Positions 26,106 through 36,525 of a DNA stretch of 64,000 nt are shown here, piece after piece. Source of the stretch: Heteronotia binoei (lineage: Eukaryota); NCBI RefSeq assembly GCF_032191835.1, contig NC_083224.1:75206001-75270000 (forward strand). The letters are read 5' to 3'. The notes beneath the pieces are model-generated. The model did not search any database. It saw only the letters and a program-made list of their open reading frames with translations, and was not told where the DNA came from. The translations under genes were made by a program, and so were the position numbers. Each line of letters starts with the position of its first letter. The stretch's first letter is position 1.

Positions 26106-26402
26106 AGTTTCATGGCCCTTTGACCATTCTGTTTATTTATACCTCCTACATAAACCATTTGCATAGTAAAAAATCACTGCACTATGCCTGAAGAAGTAGG
26201 AAGTAGTCTGCAAAAGCTAACGCTATAATACAAAGTAGCAATCTTTAAGGTACTCATTAGGGTCCTACTTATATTTTACAATTTTCATTTATGTCATTAA
26301 AGTGCCTTTCCTGTGTCATTTTTCAACTTATCCAAGAATACTTCTAAAAGCATGAAATCAGAGGGCAAGCTTTTTAAGTTTCCCTAGCCTAATCAATCTC
26401 TA

Positions 26403-26593
26403 GGTGAATTACTAACCTCCAGGTGGGCTCTGGAGATCTCCTACTTTTACAACTGCTCTCCAGCTTGCAGAGATCAGCTCCTCTGGTGAAAATGGCATTG
26501 TACCATGCTGAGGCCTCTCCCCTTGCCAAACCCCTCCCTCTCCCAGATGCACCCCAAAATATCCAGGTATTTTTCAACGCAGTGGCAACCCTA
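26403..26593. mobile_element. Short TAGGGTTGCC-family MITE
   Basis: ctaacctccaggtgggctctggagatctcc...gtggcaacccta; related fragments occur at 23690-23797 and 24572-24650. Confidence 0.65.
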
Positions 26594-26677
26594 ATTTTAG
26601 AGGGTCTGAATTATAACCAATTTTAACCTCATATTTTATACCCACATGTCCTCTTATAGGGTTAACATTTTGAAAAG

Positions 26678-29600
26678 GACTTCCGATTTCGGCAACCCAC
26701 TCTTAAGACCAACCGCGGGCTCGCTCCTGACAGCCAGTCTTTAATCGGTAACTGGGGGGTTCTTCCTGCCAGGAGGCCCGAATCTAGGATCCAGGAAGGG
26801 TCCTGGCAGACAGGCGGCTTGTCAGCTATGGGCTTGGGATATCAGCAGCAACTGGTTCCTGGACCTGCTGACGCTGCGGTGCTCCGTTGCCCCGATCACC
26901 ATTTTTAAATGGCATTTGGGTTGAACACTGGCACTTCTTCTTTACTTCTTAATTGAACTCTGCATGATTCGAACGGATTGGAAGATTTACATAGTGATCG
27001 TAAGTTCCTTTTTCTCTTTTGACTGCTTTGACTAAAGTTTGGAAGCTTGAAGTTGGGATGGGAGTGAATTTATGAGGGAAGAAGGGGGGGGTGAGTGCCC
27101 TAACTCCCCTTACGCTCCAAGGCTTCAAACAGACTGCGAGAGGGCAAAGGCTTTTAACCTTTAAAAGAATTTGCATTCCAGAAATGATTGATTCACAGGA
27201 GCCTCTAAAAACAAATCTTTAGAGGGAGCGTATCAAACTGAGTTCTAAAGAAAAATCTCCCAGTTTATAAAGTTAAAAGAACTGACTGAGATGTAGTGGT
27301 CTGGTGGTGGATCTAAACAGAGGTAAAGTTTGGAATAAAGTTTGAAAGGAAGCTTGAAAGGAAATCCTGATTCTTAGTAACAGAACTATTTTATTGATTT
27401 TAAATAGACAGAGGAGTTTGGTTTGAATACTAGATTACAAGAGGAAGCTATATTGCTGATTACAGAAAGAATATTTGTGAAGTTTTTAAAGAAGTTTATC
27501 TTACTCTCTTCTGGTAGATTACAAAATGATTAACAGGATATATAACCTTTTATTGGATTACAAATACCTGAGCTTGATTTTTTTTATTATTGCTAAGGGA
27601 TTACAACATTTTTGATGGAATATATAACCTTTAAATAGATTACAGATATGTGGATGGCTCTCAATGTACTGTTAACATAAGAACATAAGAGAAGCCATGT
27701 TGGATCAGGCAATGGCCCATCCAGTCCAACACTCTGTCACACAGTGGCCAAAAAAATTATATTTATATATATATATATATACACACACACACATATATAT
27801 ATACACACACTGTGGCTAATAGCCACTGATGGACCTCTGCTCCATATTTTTATCTAACGCCCTCTTGAAGCTGGCTGTGCTTGTAGCCACCACCACCTCC
27901 TGTGGCAGTGAATTCTACATGTTAATCACCCTTTGGGTGAAGAAGTACTTCCTTTTATCCGTTTTAACCCGACTGCTCAGCAATTTCATCGAATGCCCAC
28001 GAGTTCTTGTATCGTGAGAAAGGGAGAAAAGTACTTCTTTCTCTACTTTCTCCATCCCATGCATTATCTTGTAAACCTCTATCATGTCACCCCGCAGGCG
28101 ACGTTTCTCCAAGCTAAAGAGCCCCAAGAGTTTCAACCGTTCTTCATAGGAAAAGTGTTCCAACCCTTTAATCATTCTAATTGTCCTTTTCTGGACTTTC
28201 TCCAATGCTATAATATCCTTTTTGAGGTGTTGGATTATAATTGGACTTTTATTTTGTAATTTTCATTCTTTGGTGGTTGTTTTTTGTGACTCTGTGTGGC
28301 TTTTAAATTCTTTTTTGGAACATAAAGGCCTGTGGGAAGAGGACATACAAACTGGACATTCTTGTTTTGGATTACAAATTGGAAACTTTTGATTTTGGAA
28401 TACTTTGATCACTTGGACTACTTCTTGGACTACTTCTTCACTGGTTGGACTTGACTAATCTATATTGGTCAAGAGTACATTATAATTTTGCAAGTGTGAG
28501 TGTATTTTTACCCCTTCCTTTTTTGAAAAATGGTAGGACTTGAATACATCATGAATGGGAAGAATAGCTTTGATAAAAATGAATATATTGCCAAGATTAC
28601 TATTTTTGTTTCAAACTATTCCAGTACTCTTAACTAATGCATTTTTTCCAGAGTTGAATAAGATGGTATCTATATATATCTGGCAGGAGAAAAAGCCAAG
28701 AATTAAACTAAAAGCACTGTAAGACTGTAAAAGAAGAGCGGGTCTGGGCCTGCCAGATTGGCAACTGTATTATAAAGCTTCGGTGTTGAACTAGCTGAGA
28801 GACTGGGTATTACTGCAAGATAGAAGACAGTTGTCTCTGGAGGGACATGAACTTAACCAGGGCTGGCATGCGTATTTGTGGTATCAAAGACTAGGAGGAC
28901 ATTCTTACTTTAAAAACCACTGGCTATGGAAATCTCTCTATCATACATGGTTATGGTTAAAACCGAAAATTTACAAAAGAATTCCAAGATGGGTGTCTCC
29001 TGTTGAAGCATTTACACCACCAAATCTTATAAAACCAAATCAATGCTATAAATATGAGGAAATATTGGAACAAGATAATCAATTGAAAACCAAGGAAGAA
29101 TTAGAGAGTAAGAACATTAAAATATAGAATGCAAATATAGTCCAGATATGCTAAAGATAAGACAATAGGGTTCAATATTGATCAATATCCGTTTGATAAA
29201 ATCTTCCTGGGTCCTCAGGAAAAACTGATCTCAAAAATATACTCGTACCTATTACAGATGAAGATGCAAGACAAGATTGTGAAAGACTGTATGGTACAAT
29301 GGGCTAAGAATATAGGGCGTAGTATTATGTTAGATGAATGGGAGACCTTATGGAAATCTAATATCAAATTAAACAAATCAATATCTTTTAAGGAAAATCT
29401 GTATAAGATGTTTTATAGATGGTATGTAACTCCCAAAAAACTTTCTAAAATATATCCTAATATGTCCAGCAAATGTTGGAAATGTACCAAACAGGTTGGG
29501 TCATTTCATCATATGTGGTGGACCTGTGAGATGGCGAAAGACTACTGGAAGATGTTGCATGAACTATTACAGAAAATGCTGAAGGTGCAGATTCAATTTA

Positions 29601-30118
29601 AAACAGAATTGTTTTTGCTGAATATATACCCTAGTGACTTTACAAAAGAGACAAGACATCTAATGACACATATTAATACAGCAGCTAGGATTTTGTTTGC
29701 TCAGAAATGGAAGCTTCAAGAACTACCTATGAAACAGGAACTGATTGGGAAAATATTGGAAGCAGCAGAGATAGACTACTTATCTTTATTGCTTGCTGGG
29801 AAATCCAAGGAAGAAGCAAGAAAATACTGGGAGAAGTTATATGTATGGCTAGACGCTTAAAATGTTCTGGTGTGAACTTTTGTTAATATTCTTCAGTTTA
29901 TATGGTTGAAATACAAGCTAAATTGACAATTTAAGTGGGGACTTACAATGTAATTTCATATGACTTATTGTGATGAAATAATATGATGAAAATTTCTTTT
30001 ATCTGAATGATAGACATGCAGAATCTATTCTATTTTTCCTGATATATGTATTATTACTTTATTATTCCCATTTCCCTTTTTCCCTTTTCTTCTTGAAAAT
30101 AAAAAATTTAAATAAAAA
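26678..30118 (+). mobile_element. L1-clade element: 5' UTR, C-terminal part of ORF2, 3' UTR and A-rich tail; internally deleted
   Basis: GC-rich start GACTTCCG. Degenerate ORF2 runs from about 28533 (MGRIALIKMNILPRLLFLFQTIPV...GLGLPDW) to 29860, with the CCHC knuckle KCWKC...HHMWWTC. A-rich tail; TSD AACATTTTGAAAAG (26664-26677) and AACATTCTGAAAAG (30119-30132). Confidence 0.85.
27676..28229 (-). mobile_element. CR1 3' fragment nested in the L1 5' UTR
   Basis: Reverse complement of the 3' end of the 19.6-kb CR1 (ORF 27915-28205 nearly matches its C-terminus); expanded (TA)n(CA)n in its 3' UTR; possible TGTT TSD. Confidence 0.93.
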
Positions 30119-30445
30119 AACATTCTGAAAAGCAAAAAAGTTATATGTATGGCTAGACTCTTAAAATGTTCTGGTGTGAACTTTTGTTAATATTCTTCAA
30201 TTTATATGGTTGAAATACAAGCTAAATTGACAATTTAAGTGGGGACTTACAATGTAATTTCATATGACTTATTGTGATGAAATAATATGATGAAAATTTC
30301 TTTTATCTGAATGATAGACATGCAGAATCTATTCTATTTTTCCTGATATATGTATTATTACTTTATTATTCCCATTTCCCTTTTTCCCTTTTCTTCTTGA
30401 AAATAAAAAATTTAAATAAAAAAAACATTCTGAAAAGCAAAAAAG
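29834..30445 (+). repeat. Direct tandem duplication of about 304 bp (L1 3' end plus right flank)
   Basis: 29834-30137 is repeated from 30138 with two substitutions seen (agacgc/agactc, cagttt/caattt) and an A-tract one base longer. Confidence 0.95.
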
Positions 30446-30507
30446 AGGATGTTTCATGACTTACTACTTCAAACAAGTGATCGTCACTATAAAATCTCAT
30501 TTTAAAC

Positions 30508-31148
30508 CAGGTTTGCCAATCTCCAGGTCCCAACTGGGAAATCTCTAGGTTTTGCAGGCTCCTTCCCACCCCCAGTCAGCTGGCCAGCCGGGGGGGGGGG
30601 GAGTCCTGCCCCAACAGCCACCAGGTGCCTTTCCACTTAAGGCTTTCCACAAGAAGGCACTTGGAAAGGCTTACTTTTTCAGACAGTGTGTCTGGGCTTT
30701 TAAATCTGTAGAGGCCAGGCTGAATGGGGGTGGGGTGAGCCAGCAGAACAACATGGCTGCTCCCAGTAGCTGTGAAAGCAGCCCAGACCCTCCATTTGTT
30801 TTACAATCTTTTCAGAGGTTGTTTGCATAGTAAAGGGTAAACTAGAACCTTTGCTTTCCCTGTGTTATTCCAAAGAACTTGGAACTTCAGCAACTCATGA
30901 GTAAATTGCTCCAGTGAGACCACACAAGTATGGGATTGCAAACTGTTTATTTTGGCTTCTCTCTCTTCCCCCCTCCCCCATGAGAGAGAGTGTGTACAGG
31001 GGATGTGCAGCAGCTTGGGGTTGAGAAAATGAAGACTGTATTCAGGGGAACTGCACAACTGTTTTTATTTATTTTAGGGAATGTGAAAGTCTCCTGGCTC
31101 CACCCTCAAAGCCCCCAGATATTTTCTGAGTTAGACTTGGCAACTCTA
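30508..31148. mobile_element. hAT-type MITE related to 25474-26105 but with a different interior
   Basis: CAGGTTTGCCAA...TTGGCAACTCTA; TTTAAAC on both flanks; its last ~60 nt match the 25.5-kb copy. Confidence 0.75.
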
Positions 31149-31174
31149 TTTAAACGCCCCTACAATTTAAGTCC

Positions 31175-33751
31175 TTGATCACATCCCTTATGAATATACA
31201 GTAGAGGTGAAGAATAGGTATAAGGAACTAGAGTTGATAGAGTGCCTGAAGAATTATGGATGGAGATTCATGAGATTGTACAGAAGGCAGCAATCAGCAC
31301 CATCCAAACGAAAAAGAAATGCAAGGAAGCAAAGTGGCTGTCTGAAGAAGCTTTACAAAAAGCTAAGGAAAGAAGGAAAGCAAAAGACAAAGGTGAAAAG
31401 GAAAGATTTCCAGAGAACAGCAGGGAGAAATAAGGAGGCCTTCCTGAAGGAACAATGCAAAGCAATAGAGGAAAATAACAGAATGAGAAAGACAAGAGAT
31501 CTCTTCAAGAAAATTGGAGAAATCAAGGGAATGTTTTGTGCAAAGATGGCCATGATAAAGGACAAAAATAGTAGGGACCTAACAGCAGCAGAAGAGATTA
31601 GGAAGAGGTGGCAAGAATACACAGAAGAATTGCACAAGAACGATCTCAATGTCCTTGACAACCATGATGGTGAAATCGCTGACTTCGAGCCAGACACCCT
31701 GAAGTGCGAAGTCAAATGGGCCTTAGAAAGCGTTACTAACAACAAAGCAAGTGGAGATGATGGTATCCCAGTTGAGCTAGTCAAAGTCCTAAAAGACGAT
31801 GCTGTTAAAGCAATACACTCATCATGTCAGCAAATTTGGAAAATGTAACAGCGGCCACAGGATTGGAAAAGGTCAGTTTATATTCCAGTCCCAAAGAAGG
31901 GTAATGCCAAAGATTGTTCAAACTATTGCACCATTGCACTCATTTCACATGCCAGCAAAGTCATGTTAAAGATCCTACAAGCTAGGCTTCAGCAGTATGT
32001 GGATCAGGAACTACCAGAAATACAAGCTGGGTTTCGGAGAGGTAGAGGAACTAGAGATCAAATTGCCAACTTTCGCTGGATTATGAAGAAAGCACAGGAG
32101 TACCAGAAAAACATCTATTTCTGCTTCATTGACTACACGAAAACATTTGATTGTGTGGATCTCTGTCACGTTCTCAGGGTGCAGGCAGGCAGGAGTCCAA
32201 AGCCAGTCCAAGGTCAAAGTCCAGGAAGTCAAGCAGGAGCCAAGTCACCAATGCAGAATCACAAACCAGAATCAGAAGTCAATGTCCAAAAGCCACAAGG
32301 TCAGGGTGCCAAGGAAATCAAGCAGATCATGAAGGAGCATGGATGCAAGCCAGAAAATAGACTTGTTGCTTCCACAAGATTACCAGGTCCTGGGTGGGAA
32401 CTATATGGGAGTGTCAATCAGCCTGCTCCCTGGGTGGCAGTGACTCTGCTAGAACTCAGGGCTGAGAGATCTGAAGCATCGGTATGCCTCATGTCTTCGC
32501 TCTGAAAGTTGTTTCTGGAGCCTACTTTGAACTCTTGAGAAGGGAGGAGGAGAGCTCGGAGGAGATTGATCATAAACAGCTGACACTGGTGCCTGGCGAG
32601 TGATTGATGGGCCAGCTGCTGTTTGTTCAGCTGAGGGATTGGCTGGCAACTCTTCCAGGTCTGTTAACCCTTCCAACTCCTCGTCAGGGCTCATGACACT
32701 CACAACAAACTGTGGCAAGTCCTTAAAGAGATGGGAGTACCAGACCACCTCACATGTCTCCTGAGAAACCTGTATAAGGGTCAAGAAGCGACTGCCAGAA
32801 TGGGATATGGAGCAACTGATTGGTTCAGAATAGGAAAAGGAGTTCAACAAGGATGTATATTGTCACCCTGCTTATTTAATTTATATGCAGAGTTCATCAT
32901 GCAGAATGCTGGGCTGGATGAATCACAAGCCAGAATTAAGACTGCCGGGAAAAACATTAACAATCTCAGATATGCAGACGACACCACTCTAATGGCAGAA
33001 AGTGAAGTGGACCTAAAGAACCTCTTGTTGAGGATGAAAGAGAAGAGCACAAAAGTAGGCTTGAAACTCAACTTCAAAAAAACTAAGATCATAGCATCCA
33101 GCCCATCACTCCTTGGCAAATAGAAGGGGAAGACATGGAGATAGTGACCGACTTCACATTCCTGGGATCCAAGATCACTGTAGATGGTGACTGTAGCCAT
33201 GAAATTAAAAGACGTTTACTTCTTGGGAGGACAGCTGTGGTGAACCTGGGCAGTATAATAAAAAGTAGAGACATCACCCTGCCAACAAAAGTCTGTATAG
33301 TCAGAGCAATGATATTCCCATTAGTAATGGATGGCTGTGAGAGTTGGACCATAAGGAAGGCCAAGCACAGAAGAATAGATATTTCAAATTGTGGTGCTGG
33401 AGAAGACTCTTGATAGTCCCTCGGACTGCAAGAAGATCAAATCAGTCAGTCCTAAGGGAAATCAACCCTGATTGTTTCCTGGAAGGTCAGATGCTGAAGC
33501 TGAAGCTTAAATACTTTGGCTACCAAATGAGAAGACAGCACTCATTGGAGAAGACCCTGATGCTGGGAAAGACAGAAGGCAAAAGAAGGGGACGGCAAAA
33601 GATGAGATGGCTGGACAGCGTTACTGATGTAACTGACATGAATTTGAGCGGACTTCAGAGGATGGTGGAAGACAGGAGGTCCTTGGTCCATGGGGTGACT
33701 TGGTCCAGGGGTCTCAAAGAATCGGACTTGACTGTGCGACTGAACAACAAC
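31175..33751 (+). mobile_element. BovB (RTE clade) LINE, 5'-truncated, degenerate, interrupted by a solo LTR
   Basis: ORF remnants MLKILQARLQQYV, YFCFIDY, MGVPDHLTCLLRNLY, QGCILSPCLFNLYAE, RYADDTTL, EKTLMLGK; tail ACTGAACAACAAC; many frameshifts and stops. Confidence 0.93.
32164..32698. mobile_element. Solo LTR (Gypsy-like) inserted in BovB
   Basis: 535 bp with TGTCACG...CATGACA termini. BovB reads ...tgtgtggat / cacaacaaactgtggcaag across it; CTC on both flanks. Confidence 0.78.
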
Positions 33752-33999
33752 TATCTAAGCTGTGATCATTGCTACTAAGAATATTCCTGACCTTCCAACC
33801 CCAAAAGAGAGCATTTTCATCAGTTTTTTTTAATACAGAGTCCAAAAGAGGACATCTGTTAACTCTAGTAACAAATCATACAGTAAAAGCACACGCTTTC
33901 CTGAGTAAAACACTACATTTCCCATAAAACAGAGCGATCCTTATTTAAAATCACCATATGCATGCCGGGTAATGTAGTTTATTTAATAGGCACTGAAGC

Positions 34000-34695
34000 G
34001 CAAGACCTCACATGATAGTCTGGAGAATGCGGAAAGGAGTGGCAGGCAGCAAAAGTGGCTGAAAGAAACATGCTTTGGGAAGGGTAGTGCGTTTCCCATT
34101 CTAAAAAAAAAAGGAACCGGCGGTTAAAATTTCACTTCACCTAGTGGTCTATAAGGGTGTTCCTCTCTAGCTACAGGATTCGTTTGGCAGGGCTCGGTAC
34201 ATTTCTTCCACGGCACAGCTGTGTGAAAGTTGGTTGCTTCCCAGCAAAACTTATTCATCGGGTATAGAACGCTTGGGATGCATTTATATGGAGTTTTTTG
34301 GGGGAGGGGGAGGTTTTGAGAAGTATGATGGTATGGTCATATCTTCTCCCGGTTAACAGTAGTTTTAAAAGCTGCAGCGTGCCGGCTCTCTGAATTCCCG
34401 GCAAGAACTTTGTAATAGGAAGTTAAACGCGGAAGCTGCATACCACTTTTTGTCCCCCTTCCTCTAAGAGCTTCGGGGCACACGGAAGAAAGATGTCCTT
34501 TTCTCTGTGGGAAATGATGCTTGCAGACGGAAAGAGTTGTTAAAGGCTGGCTTGCTTGTGGTTCGAAGGCTACGTTGAATGCACGGATCTTGCTTCTCTG
34601 TAGAGGAAAGTTAAGTGCTCGTTTTCACACGTGGCGGAGTGTTCTGAAGAAGAGGCAGAGCGTGTTTCTGTCAGTCTCCTTAAGTGTATCAGAAC
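34000..34695 (+). promoter_or_regulatory. Probable RAB29 promoter / 5' UTR region
   Basis: Local CpG enrichment, ETS-like GGAAGT and CGGAAG motifs at about 34419-34437, and a possible acceptor (cttctctgtag) at 34603. TSS not determinable from sequence. Confidence 0.45.
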
Positions 34696-34819
34696 ATGGG
34701 GCATCACGACCATATGTTTAAAGTCCTAATTATTGGGGATGCCACAGTTGGGAAGACCTCGCTGGTTCAGCGGTATGCAAACGATAGTTTCAACAAGCAT
34801 TATAAATCCACTGTGGGAG
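34696..34819 (+). CDS. RAB29: RAB29 (RAB7L1) small GTPase, first coding exon
   Basis: aacATGG...GGA G|gtgag; 124 nt; [41 protein letters not shown], containing the P-loop GDATVGKTS. Confidence 0.95.
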
Positions 34820-36089
34820 GTGAGTGATTTTTCTGCTTACACACTAAAAGACATATTTGCAATGAATGAGGTGTTCTAATGAACTATTTAAAATACTGAT
34901 TGACTCTAAAAGTGTGCTGCCTTTTGACTAATAGCTGTGTGTTTGTGTGCCTTTTGTTTCCATACACCAAGCACTGTATTGGGGTTGACTGACTTCAGCC
35001 TTGCATTGGCTACTTTCATGCTATCCTGGTGGTCTGTGCCATGTATTAAATTTATCAAGTGAAGTGCACTTTTAGGCTATCTGAGCAATTAAGGTAGAGC
35101 TAATTGCATAGAGTGACTTGGGCCTGCTGTTATGCCTAAGTGTTCCAAGAGAAATTGATCAGTGGTCCACTAACAGTTCTAATCTATTTTATGTACACTT
35201 TTGTTCTATTTGCAGGTTAAAGTAATGGTTGCAGTCCTGCAACCACATCCTGAGGAGTTTCCTTTCTCCTTAAAATGTTTTTTTCATAGCTTCCAGACAA
35301 ATTGAGGGTTCTAGTGCACTTGAAATCTGGCACACAGTTACATGTCATTTGGCTGGTCCCTACTAAAGGCTATATAGGCAAATTAATATGAGAGTGAAAG
35401 AGAGAAGGTTTAGTGGGGAATGATACTTTCTCGTTTCTACATTTAATCAGTCGAGTCTATTGGTTAGCTACCAACATGTGTGTGATGTAATAAAGACAGG
35501 GTGTGAGTGAGAGAGCGCAAGCAAGTTTCACAAGGGCAATGATTTCTTAAGTTACTTCCTACATCTTGATGATATCAGTATTGGTGTTTCTCCTTGCTAC
35601 AAGAACACACAGCATGTGCAGTGTTCTAGCCCAACAGTGTGGCTTTAGTGATGTGTCCATCCTCTGTGAACAGTCATGCAGGTTTTGTATTCAGACTGTT
35701 CCTCACACACACACACCCCTTCTTGTGTGTGAAGTCCATGGTGAAACGACAACCTCTCTATGTTTGCTTTGCTTGGACCACCACCCTTTCCAAGGCACTT
35801 CTTTATAATTTTGTCGTAGCCTGAATCTCATAATCAGTAATCACAATTATTCTATGTTTATCTTTCACTAGGAAAATTACACTTAATAAGTGCTTTACTG
35901 AATTAGACCAGTGGTCCATAGTTTAAGTATTCTTTTTTGGACAGTGGCCAGAGAAAAACATTTCCAGAATAAATATTCTTCAGAGAGTGAACCTTCAAGT
36001 CACTGTCAGTCATTTACAGTTTCCTTATAATCAACTTAGATTTGCTGTGAATTTCTGGCCTAGTATCCACAACTGCCTCTTACTTAGCA

Positions 36090-36525
36090 TTTATTTATTT
36101 ATTTGCTTCATTTATACCCCACTTTTCTCCCCTATGGGATCCCAAAGCAGCTTACACCTTTCTAATTCACTCAATTTTATCTTCACAACCCTGTGAGGTA
36201 GGTTACACTAAGAGTAAGGGACTGGCCCAGCATCACCCAGCAAGCTTCCATGGTACAAGTTGGGATTTGAACCTGGATCTCCCAGAGTCTGACACTCTAC
36301 CCACTATACCACACTGTCTCCAAGTGTGTGCTCTATTTATGTAGAGTTTATATCCTGCTTCTCTCCAGTGGGGACCCAAAGTAACCTTACAGCATTGTTC
36401 TTGCTCTGTTCTATCATCACAACGTCCCTCTGAGGTAGGCTAGGCTGAAAAGAATAACTAAGATCACCCAGTGAGATTGTGTGGCAAAGTGGGGATTGGA
36501 ACTTGGTTTTCTTGGCTCCTAGCTT
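36090..36525 (-). mobile_element. Two adjacent Squam3-like SINE copies in RAB29 intron 1
   Basis: Each has a tttat-rich tail end, gggacccaaag, acaaccctgtgaggtagg and cacccag..agcttccatg motifs; boundaries approximate. Confidence 0.65.

Noticed and set aside
34521-34721. ORF overlapping the RAB29 start as an N-terminal extension or uORF
   Set aside because: It is out of frame with RAB29, begins at TTG, and may lie partly in an intron.
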